This document shows, one piece after another, positions 1 to 10,560 of a stretch of DNA of 64,000 nucleotides (within the stretch, counting starts at the first letter, position 1; each line of letters begins with the position of its first letter). The notes under the pieces were generated by a model that did no database searches, was not told the DNA's origin, and saw nothing but the letters and a program-made list of their open reading frames with translations. The stretch lies in the IMG/VR virus record IMGVR_UViG_3300044731_002337, positions 124,001 through 188,000 of that record. The stretch is one strand, 5' to 3'. A program made the position numbers and the translations under genes.

Positions 1-744
1 GAAGATACCATTGACTACCCCATCTCAAATTGCCATTACTATGAACCGTGAATTGGGGTACTGTCTCTTGACAACATTGTAAAAACGGCGATGTATTACT
101 ATCTTGGGCTAGGCGAATGCATGGTGAAACCCGTGAAGCAGTGGTATGAGTAAATAAATCCAAGACAGGTTTATCATAATACGAATGGAATATATGGGAT
201 CCATCACCTGTTACACGATAGGTAGAGGCTTGATTACACATTAAATTTACAAAACAACCATTCAAAGGATCAATTTGTGTTTCGGTGGTTAAAGTGAGCA
301 TAGATGTATTTCTGAGTTCGGTTGCAAATGATTTGAGAAAGATGAATGGTGAAGATAAACTATGTTCGATACGTAAAGTAGGGTCCTTTGTGGAGAAGGA
401 TAGTATTGTATCGCCAATGGATAAGGATTCCTTCAAGTCTATGGAGTTGTATTGAATGCTATCTTTATCTAAATCAATACGTAAATCGATAGGTACGACT
501 TGAAAGGCAGCATTCACACCTAATAGACGGTTACCATGTGTTGTGTTGAGAGTAAGGTTAGAGGTAGTAATCGATTTAAATGCGACATTATCTGTTGAAC
601 TTAGGAATTGATCTGATTGGCGAAGTATTTCAAATTGTTTGTGTGTAAGGTCTTGTGTAGTATTGGGTCTGAAAAAATTCCATGATACCATAGTTGCTGC
701 ATAAATAGCTATAATGGCTACAATAAATAAAGAATATTTATCAT
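1..744 (-). CDS. Hypothetical protein with N-terminal hydrophobic anchor; runs off the window edge
   Basis: Manual translation from ATG at 744 (MINILYLLLAIIAIYAATMVSWNFF...) stays open to position 1; absent from the ORF track because no stop lies in the window. Confidence 0.6.
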
Positions 745-791
745 ACATTTAGTTTTGTTTTCTATCTCTTTTTTTTTTATTTGTGATTGGT

Positions 792-1829
792 TTAAATAAA
801 TTCTCCAAGGTCGTGAATGATTGTGGTTGTATTTTCGGATTCGTTTTTTAATTGGGCGTAATCAGTTTCCTTCTTCTCAAAAAAGTTGGTTTTCCCAAGC
901 AGTCCAATGCTCTTCATAAAGTCGAAGCGGTTTGAGGCATGAGGGTATAATATGGGAGCACCTATTGCGACTAAGAGGGTATTGGCTACACATTGAATGT
1001 ATTCGCACACATGGCGAAAGGGCAGTTGTGGAATGGGATCATCCGAATCCAATAGATGTTGAGCAAATTCACATTCAAATTCAACAAAGTCATGACAAAT
1101 AGCGTGAACTAGTGGGACTGTAAGTTTTTGATGAATTTCTTGGTAGATGAGAATCCAATTGACACAATGTTTGCCTTCATCCGCCATAATGTATTCGTTA
1201 CCTTCGACGAGGCCGTGGCATTTATTGTAAACGTAGCGAACCATGCATAGGTTGAGAAAGGAGGAAGAGAATAGGATACCTTCAGTGAAGAGCATGATGA
1301 CAACGCGAACAGGGAAAGGAGTCTTGTGAGTACAGAATTGTTGGGCCCAATTAAATTTCGGTTGAATGATGGGATCATGATAGACAGAGGAAAATAATAA
1401 TTCTCGTTCTTCAGGATCAGTTACTAATGTTTGAATGACTTGATTGTAGGTTTCAATATGTACCAACTCCATGGTAGCTGCATATTGAAGCATGAATCGT
1501 ATTTCGGGTACTTGAATGTCTTGTACTAGTTCATCAGCTAGACTTTCCAATACCAGGTTATCTGCATTAGCAAAGAAAGCCAAGGTTTTGAGAAGCATAC
1601 GTTGCACATTTTTGGGTAATGTAACAAAGTCTTGGCGATCAGAGGTATAATGAATCATATCTGCTCGCCATACAGATCGTTCTTGTGCCTTGTATTGATC
1701 CCATGCTTTAGGGTATTGAATAGGAAATAATTGGTAACGCTTTGCATGTAATAATGGTTCCAATTCTGGGTTAAAACGAAATGGATCAATGGGGGGTAAA
1801 GAATGGTTTTTGCGCTGATAGGAAAACAT
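792..1829 (-). CDS. nrdB: Ribonucleotide reductase small (beta/R2) subunit
   Basis: Ferritin-like R2 motifs: FFANADNLVLE, ELVHIETY, FTEGILFSSSF, DEGKH, C-terminal KTNFFEKKETDY. Confidence 0.95.
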   Translation of the reverse strand: MFSYQRKNHSLPPIDPFRFNPELEPLLHAKRYQLFPIQYPKAWDQYKAQERSVWRADMIHYTSDRQDFVTLPKNVQRMLLKTLAFFANADNLVLESLADELVQDIQVPEIRFMLQYAATMELVHIETYNQVIQTLVTDPEERELLFSSVYHDPIIQPKFNWAQQFCTHKTPFPVRVVIMLFTEGILFSSSFLNLCMVRYVYNKCHGLVEGNEYIMADEGKHCVNWILIYQEIHQKLTVPLVHAICHDFVEFECEFAQHLLDSDDPIPQLPFRHVCEYIQCVANTLLVAIGAPILYPHASNRFDFMKSIGLLGKTNFFEKKETDYAQLKNESENTTTIIHDLGEFI

Positions 1830-1895
1830 GCCGTGTCTGTTTTTTTTCTTATGTTATGAGATATGACAAAAAAAAATTGGGATCGGAAATATTTT

Positions 1896-1929
1896 GCTTC
1901 TCATTACCCATGGCAGTATAACAGGTTAA
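1896..1929 (+). mobile_element. Right-end remnant of the TTAA-flanked MITE-like element
   Basis: gcttctcattacccatggcagtataacagg-ttaa resembles the right ends at 4444 and 46437 (gcttctcattacccctggcggtttagaagg-ttaa); the TTAA contains the stop of ORF 1926..2420. Confidence 0.55.
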
Positions 1930-2420
1930 TGGGCATGATGTTCTATAAGGAGTTTCCTGCGTGATTTTTTGGTGGTTGGAGGTTTAATGGGTATCACGCC
2001 TTTATTGAGTCGTTTATGTTGATGATTGACGCGATAAAGTTTATATTTTTCGATATCATCCACTTTGGTAACACGGAAGCGATGTTGAGCGGTGGGGACT
2101 TGATATTCCATCATGACATCGAATTGCTTTTGGGCCATTTGTAAAACTTCTTCATCGGGTAGATCTGGATGGCAATCACGCCAGAATCGTAAGAGGTAAT
2201 TCATGAGATTGAGACGTGTCAGGTTAGGTGTACGTTGAATGAGTTCATGGGTAACCACATAATTATTGGTAATGGGTAATAAATCACCTGGCTGTTTTCC
2301 AAGGAATTCAATCATATCATTCACATTATAGGCTTTTAATTCACTTCGAAGCTTTGATAATTCGGTACGTAAGCAGTGCATATCATATTGAATTTGTGCA
2401 AATCGTTGGTGGGGTTCCAT
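1926..2420 (-). CDS. Hypothetical protein
   Basis: 164 aa ORF with an A-rich upstream run typical of this genome. Confidence 0.65.
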   Translation of the reverse strand: MEPHQRFAQIQYDMHCLRTELSKLRSELKAYNVNDMIEFLGKQPGDLLPITNNYVVTHELIQRTPNLTRLNLMNYLLRFWRDCHPDLPDEEVLQMAQKQFDVMMEYQVPTAQHRFRVTKVDDIEKYKLYRVNHQHKRLNKGVIPIKPPTTKKSRRKLLIEHHAH

Positions 2421-2554
2421 TTTTTTTATTGTTTTTCTTTAGTAGTCATTTGGTTAACTCTTCTAAAACTCGTTTTCTATGTTTTATGATGGCGTATGAG
2501 TCATAAAATTCATGGTTCTGAGAGGGGCAAATAGAATAAAAGAAAAAAAAAAGA

Positions 2555-3865
2555 ATGTGTGATCATGTAGTTAGACGTGTATTGCAGGGTTTGAATGATC
2601 GCCCTGCAGTGAGAGCAGATGGTACATATGATGCAGTGTTACCTTCCATGTTATTTACGAATGATATAGATTGTAATGGTGGGTTGTATAATGAGAATAT
2701 GTTAGAATCTACAGGTATAAAAGCAATAAGAGATGATGATGGTGTGGGTAAAAGTTATGATACATATAAATCATGGATTGGTAGGTCAGTTGATTCGGCG
2801 AATCTTGATATAGCGTATGTGAATACAAATTATCATCAGAAGAGTTATTATTTACCACGAAATAGTCTAGAGTATAGACATGAAGTAGTCTATGCATTTA
2901 ACTCTATGATTTTTCCACCACAGTGTATCGAGATTGAGATAGAAGGATATACGGGGGGTATTACAACCGACCGAGGATTACGACTTCGAAGAAAGATGAG
3001 AGGTCCAACCATCATACATAATACAAGAGCGGTGAAATATGACGAAATGTATAAATTTGGGTCAACTGGTTATGTACCTTTACCTATGTATTACTCGTCA
3101 AGTTCCCAAAGTAGTTTATTGACCTTGGCTAGTGATGATTTGAGAAAAATGGACCACTATGATGCAAATGGTACTTGTTCGGTGCAGCATCGCATCAATA
3201 TAGTGCAAGCCAAGGATGTAGAAGCAATGATTCGAGATTCGTGTATGGGTGATTTACTCTATTATGGAGGATACCTGATAGAGCGTTATGTACCACAAGG
3301 TCCATTTTGTGATGGTTACATGCGACAATATTGTAATCGTAAGGTGAAGGAGGAAGACACGCTGAATATGGACAAGGATATTTGTTCATGTTTCCGTGAA
3401 GAAGCATCGATGATTACCAAGTCGATTACGGCAAAAGTCGAATTACCAGTAGTGTGTAATGGTGTTGATTGTATGGGTAAAAAGAGTTATAAGACTTTGG
3501 CGATGAAGCAGTTACCATGTCGTCGTATGTTGTGTAAACAAGAAATTCAAGGGATAAGGGAAGCTGGAGAGAATGTGATTACTTGTAATGGAACTTATTT
3601 CCACCATGATGCCCAGGTAAGAATTATACAAGAGTATTATGATAAAGCGGCAGAGATGGAAAATATGTCGAAAGAAGAGGTAGTTTATGAATCTAAAGTT
3701 GGTAATGATCGTTTGGAATCTAGTCTTCCTGCTCAGCCAGTGTATGTATGGGTATGTTTGGGTATATCTTATTTATTGATTTTGATTTTTTCATTTATTT
3801 ACTTATTTCCTCCGAGTTTTTTCTCGTTACTGGAAGACAAAGTGAATGAGCAAAAAGTTGAATAG
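2555..3865 (+). CDS. Cys-rich membrane protein resembling the poxvirus G9/A16/J5 entry-fusion family
   Basis: Pattern CDGYMRQYC...ICSCF...PVVCNGVDC..KSYK...PC..LCKQEI followed by a C-terminal TM (VWVCLGISYLLILIFSFIYLF). Confidence 0.6.
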   Translation: MCDHVVRRVLQGLNDRPAVRADGTYDAVLPSMLFTNDIDCNGGLYNENMLESTGIKAIRDDDGVGKSYDTYKSWIGRSVDSANLDIAYVNTNYHQKSYYLPRNSLEYRHEVVYAFNSMIFPPQCIEIEIEGYTGGITTDRGLRLRRKMRGPTIIHNTRAVKYDEMYKFGSTGYVPLPMYYSSSSQSSLLTLASDDLRKMDHYDANGTCSVQHRINIVQAKDVEAMIRDSCMGDLLYYGGYLIERYVPQGPFCDGYMRQYCNRKVKEEDTLNMDKDICSCFREEASMITKSITAKVELPVVCNGVDCMGKKSYKTLAMKQLPCRRMLCKQEIQGIREAGENVITCNGTYFHHDAQVRIIQEYYDKAAEMENMSKEEVVYESKVGNDRLESSLPAQPVYVWVCLGISYLLILIFSFIYLFPPSFFSLLEDKVNEQKVE

Positions 3866-4316
3866 GATTGAAAGGGCAACATGGCAACGGATTCATGTCA
3901 TTAGCTCATCTGATGATGACAATACATATCGAATCTTGGGGACACAGGGAAATGAATACAAGGTCACCATTGACGAGTCGAATTGGAAACATAGTACTTG
4001 TTCATGTCCGGATTTTACTCGACGTCGACGATTATGTAAACATGTTTATTATGTCTTGATTAAGGTGAAGCGAATGACACAAGAACAATTAGAAGGAGGA
4101 GAAGGAAGTAGTAAGGCTATTGAATTCTACAAACCGAATGAGGGTGATGAATGCGCCATTTGTTATGATGGATATAAGGAGAATGAAAAAGCAACATCGT
4201 GTGAAAAGTGTGCAAAACCATTTCATGTGACATGTATTAAGGCCTGGAAGTCACATTGTGAAAAGACCAGAGTCAAAGTAACATGTCCATTATGTAGACA
4301 TAAATTGACTATTTAA
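3846..4316 (+). CDS. SWIM zinc finger plus RING finger protein
   Basis: SWIM CSCPDF...LCKHVYYV; RING CAICYD...CEKCAKPFHVTCIKAW...CPLCR. Confidence 0.9.
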   Translation: MSKKLNRIERATWQRIHVISSSDDDNTYRILGTQGNEYKVTIDESNWKHSTCSCPDFTRRRRLCKHVYYVLIKVKRMTQEQLEGGEGSSKAIEFYKPNEGDECAICYDGYKENEKATSCEKCAKPFHVTCIKAWKSHCEKTRVKVTCPLCRHKLTI

Positions 4317-4444
4317 CCTTTTAGGTTGTACCGAAAAACCGCCAGATTTTATTACGGAATAATAAGTTCTGCATTGCAGTGTTCAAACATAATATTTTTC
4401 GATAAATTCCAAGGGCTTCTTATTACCCCTGGCAGTTTAGAAGG
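4317..4444 (+). mobile_element. piggyBac-like MITE, copy 1 (128 bp), flanked by TTAA
   Basis: TTAA at 4313-4316 and 4445-4448; termini CCTTTTA...TAGAAGG form a short imperfect inverted repeat; near-identical copy at 46289..46437. Confidence 0.7.
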
Positions 4445-4756
4445 TTAATCCAAACGAATAAGGATACCTCCAAGTCCTGTAATAAAGTTCATTTGTTTGG
4501 GGGTAGTAATGTGGGGGATGAGGATATGCTCATGAGGTGGAAAGGAATGGATATCTTGTTCCAGTTGTTGAAAGATGAGATCATGGTCAATTTGTTCTTG
4601 GATAAAAGTAGATCGTTCTTGATCTGAGAGAGGTTGATCGTCAATGAGATTGTGTAAATAATCTTCGGGTAGTAGCATATGGAAACCAAGCTTTTCGAAT
4701 TCGAGGGCTTTGGTCATGCGTGAAATTGGAGTGGCATCCGTTAGACCGACAATCAT
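4445..4756 (-). pseudogene. Degenerate or truncated dNMP-kinase-like protein
   Basis: Starts MIVGLT and ends LIPHITTPKQMNFITGLGGILIRLD (compare V(I/S)DVRFxNE..I...GG.IIRI); P-loop GKS/T is lost; the stop coincides with the MITE TTAA. Confidence 0.35.
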
Positions 4757-4841
4757 GGTTGGGAGAGTTTACGGTCAATGAACATAATAAGAAAGCTTGT
4801 CATCGGATGTTGTTAAAAAAAATAGATACAAAAAAAAAATC

Positions 4842-6653
4842 ATGTTATTATGGGTAACCAATTGGAGTGATGAGAAGTGTCAAGACGAATCCTATATGGT
4901 ACAAGAAGGAAATAAATATAGATTGGAATTTTATGAAGATACCAATGTCTTGGATGTATGGAGACATTATGAAGGATTTCCATGGCGAGCGTATAGTAAA
5001 TATCGTGATGGCTGTGATGTATTTGGTTCAAGGTATGCTGATATTTTAGGGTCAACTGTGAAATTACCCGTAGTAGTGACAGAAGATCAATTTGATATGA
5101 TGTTATATCCTAAGCCTAAACTGAGGAATAGGAAAAGGGTATCTTTAGTGCGGTGTGAGCATGAAAGGAGACAATTAGAAGTGTTTTTAATGTTTCATCA
5201 GCAGGTGCCTGTTGATAGAGCGATTGGGATAGTGGATAATGTGACCAAACAGTTTACATCTCCTTTTGCATTACGAATGAATTTTGGGGCACAACGTTTA
5301 ACTGGGGGTGTAATTATAGGTGATTATTGTAGTTACACTTCATCAACTGTGATTGGTTTCTTTGCCCAAAGTACTGTTGCCTCCATGTTAGCCATTGTAA
5401 AAGATACGGATTATTATACGGTAAGTAAATTGAAGCAAGATTATCCAGATATCTCCGTGTGGTGGGAAGCCAAAGATGTGGATAAAACATCAAGAAAGGT
5501 GGTTATGAATTATAATTTATGGCAAACGTGTGGTCATGAAGTAGTACAAAGGCGATGGCATAACGTGATTATTGATGAATGTCCTATTACGGATCGATTT
5601 TTGACGTCGAGTTTATGGGTAATTGATATAGGGTTTGATCGACAGGATGTATGTAGGTGGCTTGAATTGTTTCAGTGGCATGAATTATTTGGTATGGAGC
5701 AAGTGGATAGTGATGTGGAGGATATGTTTTTATTTTACAATGTTGTACACAATAAACCTGTAGATGTGACTTTACCTAAGATTCAAGTGTCTCATAAGTT
5801 TATGAAGTTTACAGAGGATTATCCGTTCAAGTGGATGTATCGAGCGTTACAAAATGGGCATAGTCGTCCAGTAGAATTATGTAAGCGCCTATTACATATG
5901 GAGATATATGATCAATTTGATGTTTTATTTTTCACAATGATCTTGTCTGATGGTGAGGTATCATCTATGTTGCCATTTGAAGAGTTGCCACATATGGAGA
6001 GAGAAGGGGATTATTCATGTGTAGTATGTCAAGATGAAGAGGCCAAAGGTTTTGTGAGAAATCAAGTGTGCGAACATGTATTGTGTTATAGTTGTATGTA
6101 TCAAGTGAATGTATTGCATCAGAAATGTCCATTGTGTCGAAGAGATTATGGTGGAGAGTTTTATAGATCGATGGTGAATTTTGGGTGGGAGCAAGTGAGA
6201 ATTCCAGAATTATGGAAGAGACCGACATCAGGTAGGATGCAAGAGTTGGTACATTTAGTGGAGGAGTTTATGAATGAGGGGAAGATTGTGATTACTTCAG
6301 GTATAGGTATTCGGTATTTGAGAATGATTGGTCAAGCTTTACAGAAAATGTTTGAGGATAAGTATGTGGTGATATGCCAGGAGTTTAAGTTGATGGATGT
6401 GAATATGGCGGATATTGTATTATTGACTCATGATGATTTATGGTATGTGAGACATCATCCTGGGATACATACATTGATTACATTAGATATAGATTTCAAT
6501 CGAATAGTGAATAAGTGTATTTATTATTATTTTAGGGAGTGTAAGAATAAGTTTGTGGTGGCACCAGCGCAAGGTATGACTGAAGTATTGGCCAATGATG
6601 TACAATGGAGTAACGAGAGAAAACTATTACAACAAATGTTGGACAAGTTTTGA
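4842..6653 (+). CDS. RING-finger protein in a degenerate Rad5/16-like SNF2 scaffold
   Basis: RING CVVCQD...CEHVLCYSC...CPLCR sits between eroded SNF2 motifs (GGVIIGD, VIIDEC, SGRMQELVHLV...KIVITS); no GKT Walker A; likely start ATG 4842. Confidence 0.6.
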   Translation: MLLWVTNWSDEKCQDESYMVQEGNKYRLEFYEDTNVLDVWRHYEGFPWRAYSKYRDGCDVFGSRYADILGSTVKLPVVVTEDQFDMMLYPKPKLRNRKRVSLVRCEHERRQLEVFLMFHQQVPVDRAIGIVDNVTKQFTSPFALRMNFGAQRLTGGVIIGDYCSYTSSTVIGFFAQSTVASMLAIVKDTDYYTVSKLKQDYPDISVWWEAKDVDKTSRKVVMNYNLWQTCGHEVVQRRWHNVIIDECPITDRFLTSSLWVIDIGFDRQDVCRWLELFQWHELFGMEQVDSDVEDMFLFYNVVHNKPVDVTLPKIQVSHKFMKFTEDYPFKWMYRALQNGHSRPVELCKRLLHMEIYDQFDVLFFTMILSDGEVSSMLPFEELPHMEREGDYSCVVCQDEEAKGFVRNQVCEHVLCYSCMYQVNVLHQKCPLCRRDYGGEFYRSMVNFGWEQVRIPELWKRPTSGRMQELVHLVEEFMNEGKIVITSGIGIRYLRMIGQALQKMFEDKYVVICQEFKLMDVNMADIVLLTHDDLWYVRHHPGIHTLITLDIDFNRIVNKCIYYYFRECKNKFVVAPAQGMTEVLANDVQWSNERKLLQQMLDKF

Positions 6654-6674
6654 GGTTGTTTAAAGAGGTTATAA

Positions 6675-7676
6675 GTGAGGTTGAGAGAGTATTCCGATAG
6701 AGGATTTATGGGTTATAAAAAAGATAGAAAGTCGAATTTGTTGAAGAAGATGAGTAAAGTGATGGTAGCGCGAACGATTCCGTCGATATTGGCGGCAGTG
6801 AAAGGGGGGGCAAAGTTGGAGGTGGTGTCGAATACCAAGACGTGGACAGCTGGTGGTGTAAAAGGATCCAAGACATGGGGTGTATTGCATATTGATGGGA
6901 AGGAAACGCCTATAGAGTTTCATGATGTGAGATGTCCTAGAGGATTGCATACCAAGACATTTGATAATAAGTTGTCCGTTTCTTTGAGTGCTTATTGGTC
7001 GGTAGATCAGTTGGCGGAGATACAAGAGTTGGAGAATTTGATTGTGCGTGAGGGTGTATTTGTAACGTATAGATCAAAGCTAACTCAGTTTGAAAAGCCG
7101 GAAGAGTTTCAAAAGTACAAATGGACTGGAGCAGCTCCACCAGCGCAACCTGTCAAGGATAAGAGTGGACTCATCAAGGAGGGGGAATTTTATCCTCGTA
7201 GTTCATATATTGATTGTCCTTTTAGCAAGACCAAAGATGATGGGCATGCACCCAATTTTGAATTGAAGAATGTAGATGGAACTGACGTGGAAATTTGGGG
7301 CAAGTTGGAAGGCTCCAAATTGAATGTAAAGCGCATGTTTGTCTCTTATGAGATTGTAGTGCCTCCAAATGGGGATAAAAATTTCAAGGTGAAGTTGATA
7401 TGTAGGGGAATTACATTGAATGAAGGGGGCAATGTGACAGTGTTGAGTGAATCACAATTGGAAAATAATGCCACCTCGAGTAATAAGAGGGTTATGAGTG
7501 AAGCATCTTCAGAACCGGATAACAAACGAAGAAGAGTGGGCGAATCATCATCATCATCAACTACTACATCTGCACCATCATCAAGCACTACGGAATCGGT
7601 CAAGGCTTCTTCTACTCCTTCTTCTGTTTCTACAGGAACGAAAGAAGCTCTCCCGACTAGAGTTGCTGTCAAGTAA
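6675..7676 (+). CDS. Hypothetical protein with Ser/Thr-rich tail; possibly NCLDV OB-fold ssDNA-binding protein
   Basis: 333 aa ORF; beta-rich core then a low-complexity tail containing NKRRR; the SSB assignment is only a loose resemblance. Confidence 0.55.
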   Translation: MRLREYSDRGFMGYKKDRKSNLLKKMSKVMVARTIPSILAAVKGGAKLEVVSNTKTWTAGGVKGSKTWGVLHIDGKETPIEFHDVRCPRGLHTKTFDNKLSVSLSAYWSVDQLAEIQELENLIVREGVFVTYRSKLTQFEKPEEFQKYKWTGAAPPAQPVKDKSGLIKEGEFYPRSSYIDCPFSKTKDDGHAPNFELKNVDGTDVEIWGKLEGSKLNVKRMFVSYEIVVPPNGDKNFKVKLICRGITLNEGGNVTVLSESQLENNATSSNKRVMSEASSEPDNKRRRVGESSSSSTTTSAPSSSTTESVKASSTPSSVSTGTKEALPTRVAVK

Positions 7677-7812
7677 TTTTTGTTTCCATTGACGGGCATC
7701 ATGAAGTAATTGTTGGTATTCATTACGAATAAACGTCTTGTGTGGTTTATGCTTTTTGACTTTGAATTTATTACTTTTGCGGGATGTTTTGGGTGGATCA
7801 TCAAAAAAAGAA

Positions 7813-8103
7813 ATGGCGTCGATGAGTCCGTACATGATTGCAGGCATAACTATTGCTTGTATTTTCTTTACAGTGTTTGTAGTAATGTGGTATAAGCGCC
7901 GGCTCATTTTCAAAGCAGTCGAGGCCAAGATTGATTTTAGTGATATTAGTTCTAAAGAGGAAGATATTTATCCAGATCGAGCTAAAGGTATGGTTCTACT
8001 CTTTGCAGGTATTGCATGCATGTGTGGATTTTTCATCTTTTTCGTCGTACAACAAAAGAGTGGTTTTATTAATGGTAACAATAAGAGTTCTTTAGAATTT
8101 TAA
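7813..8103 (+). CDS. Small two-TM membrane protein
   Basis: MASMSPYMIAGITIACIFFTVFVVMW and a second hydrophobic segment; A-rich ATG context at 7813. Confidence 0.6.
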   Translation: MASMSPYMIAGITIACIFFTVFVVMWYKRRLIFKAVEAKIDFSDISSKEEDIYPDRAKGMVLLFAGIACMCGFFIFFVVQQKSGFINGNNKSSLEF

Positions 8104-10004
8104 TCGAACATGGTGGTCACATCGAGTGCTTCTTTGGAGGAGGCAGCTAATGTTTTGACTTTTTGGAATATTCGTTCGTCGGATGTACCTTGAGATAAGA
8201 GTACATAATAGTGGACAGGACGTGTTTGGCCGATGCGATAAGTACGGTAGATACCTTGTTCCATAGGCGACCAACAATACCAAGGTTGAATAAAGATGAC
8301 GTGATTGGCTTCCGTCAAGTTGAGACCACGATTACCTAACGCTAGAGTACTAAATAGCATAAATACATTGGGATCCGTTCTAAATTGGCTATAATAAGGT
8401 TCTCGTCGATCAGGTGGTACTTCACCATAAATAAAACGATACTTGTCTTGAAATTCATTGGGTAACGCCTTGATAGCGAGTTGTAGTGGTTTGACTTTAT
8501 TGCCAAATATAATACATTTTTCATTGGCGGCACGAATAGAGGTAATAATGGATACCAATGCAGTTAATTTGCTGGATTTGATTCCTGCTTCACCATTCAC
8601 ATCCGCGAGCCAACTGTTGAATTCAAAACTAAATTGAATAGGGGATAAACCAATGAGAGTTCGATCTTGGCTAGTATCATTAGAGGTGTGATCATCGTCA
8701 CGGTGGATTAAGTGGGCCGCGACACAAAATGATAATTCAGCGTCAACCGTTTGTTTGAGGCGTTCAACGTAGGTTTGGTGGACTTTACCATAGGTGGTAT
8801 GTAATTGCTGTACATTGAATTCGTGTGTTTTCATGATTTGGGAGTGAAGTTGGGCTTCCATGGGATGAAGTGGGATAATGACGATATGTTCATGCTTGGT
8901 TGGGAGTAGACTAGCATCTAGGCATGAATAGTCGCGTAGAACTAGGTGGGGAGCTAGATATTGTTGGAAAAATGGGACACTAATATGTTTGGAAACTTTA
9001 ATGTCATCAGGAAGAATAAAGCCGCAGAAGAGGAGTTGATGGTAGACGTCACGCAAGTGGTTATGAATAGGTGTTCCTGTCATGCAGATTCTACGACTAC
9101 ATTGGAGTCTCATTACACTGCGAAAGTTGAGTGTCTTATCATTACGAATATCATGACTTTCATCTAGAATGGTTCGATACCAGAGTTGTGGAGTAAGAAT
9201 GCAAGCTGGATTTTTCATGTGGTTGGAGAGCATAGCATAACTAATGATGATGACATCGAATTGTTGTATGTCCTTTGAAGTGAGTAACCTGAAGGATTGT
9301 CCTTCCCAATAGCCGGGATGATAGATGGCAACGTTGAGTTGGTGACCAAAGAATTTTTTGAATTCTCGGTGGACAGTACCTACTAGATTGGCAGGACATA
9401 CATAGAGAGTGGGGCATTGTAATGATCGTTGTTCTTTTAACGTGAGCATTGTTAAGTATGCGATGACTAGTGTCTTTCCTAATCCCATGAGCATGGCAAT
9501 GATCCCACCAGAGACGCCTGGAGTGAAATAAGGTACAGCAAGAGGGTTCAGTTCACGTTGATATAGCCAATACACTAATTCTAATTGGTAAGGGTAAATC
9601 GTATAAGGTTTGACAAGTTGAATGTTTTGGGCATCAGGGGGCATAAGTTCATAGATTATATCCGGATCATGGAAAGGTGATGGTGCAGGTGTAGTCTCTG
9701 GTTTGAGTTGGATATACCCTTTATGATGACGTTGATTTGCACGATTGAAACTAATATTTTTGAACATGGAGAGGTCATGACGTGGAATTTTGGAAGGTGG
9801 CGGAAGTGAATCTTGTTGACATGATAAAAACTCTTCGACTTGAGTAGAGAGTTCAGACTCTTCAAATGAGTTGAGTGTATCTCCAGGTTCAGGAATTTTG
9901 AAATCTTCTGGTTCGCTGGAGAGTTCATGATGCTTGCGCTTGGTTATGACGACATCTTCATCGCCCATATCAGTAAAAAGAGGAAATCGGTCGTAAATGG
10001 ACAT
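8100..10004 (-). CDS. SNF2-family helicase/ATPase
   Basis: GGIIAMLMGLGKT, ILDESH, MTGTPIHN, GLNLTEANHVIF, QGIYRTYRIGQTRPV. Confidence 0.93.
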   Translation of the reverse strand: MSIYDRFPLFTDMGDEDVVITKRKHHELSSEPEDFKIPEPGDTLNSFEESELSTQVEEFLSCQQDSLPPPSKIPRHDLSMFKNISFNRANQRHHKGYIQLKPETTPAPSPFHDPDIIYELMPPDAQNIQLVKPYTIYPYQLELVYWLYQRELNPLAVPYFTPGVSGGIIAMLMGLGKTLVIAYLTMLTLKEQRSLQCPTLYVCPANLVGTVHREFKKFFGHQLNVAIYHPGYWEGQSFRLLTSKDIQQFDVIIISYAMLSNHMKNPACILTPQLWYRTILDESHDIRNDKTLNFRSVMRLQCSRRICMTGTPIHNHLRDVYHQLLFCGFILPDDIKVSKHISVPFFQQYLAPHLVLRDYSCLDASLLPTKHEHIVIIPLHPMEAQLHSQIMKTHEFNVQQLHTTYGKVHQTYVERLKQTVDAELSFCVAAHLIHRDDDHTSNDTSQDRTLIGLSPIQFSFEFNSWLADVNGEAGIKSSKLTALVSIITSIRAANEKCIIFGNKVKPLQLAIKALPNEFQDKYRFIYGEVPPDRREPYYSQFRTDPNVFMLFSTLALGNRGLNLTEANHVIFIQPWYCWSPMEQGIYRTYRIGQTRPVHYYVLLSQGTSDERIFQKVKTLAASSKEALDVTTMFD

Positions 10005-10560
10005 TTCTTTATTTTTATGTTATTGGGTGATATGGTTGTTCCACTTGCGTACCTATGTGCAATTCTTACATTTAAATGAAACCAGTTCTAATCTAGTGGC
10101 TATTTATGATCGAGTATTTCAAAAGTTACCTTTGATGGATGCTCAACTCTACATCACCTTTGTCATGGTACTCTTTTATGGGTGTGCGATATATGATATT
10201 TACAAACACAAGGAAAATTGGATAGTCGTATCAGATCACTATTTTTTATTAATTTCAATACGTATGATCATGATGAGCCTATTACCATTGAAGGCTTCGG
10301 ATCAGATGATCAGAGCAAGTGATGTATGGGATGTGTATACAGGGGCCTTGGTGAACGATTTATTCTTTTCTGGCCACGTAAGTTTAATTGCCTTGTTTTA
10401 TTTCCAGTTTGGGGAGCATTGGTATGGTTATTTGGTAATGGGAGTCGCAGTATCCATGGCCATGCTATTATGTCGTATGCATTATACCATTGATATCCTG
10501 GTAGCACCATTTATTAGTTTTGGGGTGGTGCATCTGCGAAAGTCTTGTTTTGGAGCATAG
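9997..10560 (+). CDS. Sphingomyelin/IPC-synthase-like PAP2_C membrane enzyme
   Basis: DLFFSGH and RMHYTIDILVA match the D3 and D4 catalytic motifs (H, H, D triad); multiple TM segments. Confidence 0.8.
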   Translation: MDISLFLCYWVIWLFHLRTYVQFLHLNETSSNLVAIYDRVFQKLPLMDAQLYITFVMVLFYGCAIYDIYKHKENWIVVSDHYFLLISIRMIMMSLLPLKASDQMIRASDVWDVYTGALVNDLFFSGHVSLIALFYFQFGEHWYGYLVMGVAVSMAMLLCRMHYTIDILVAPFISFGVVHLRKSCFGA

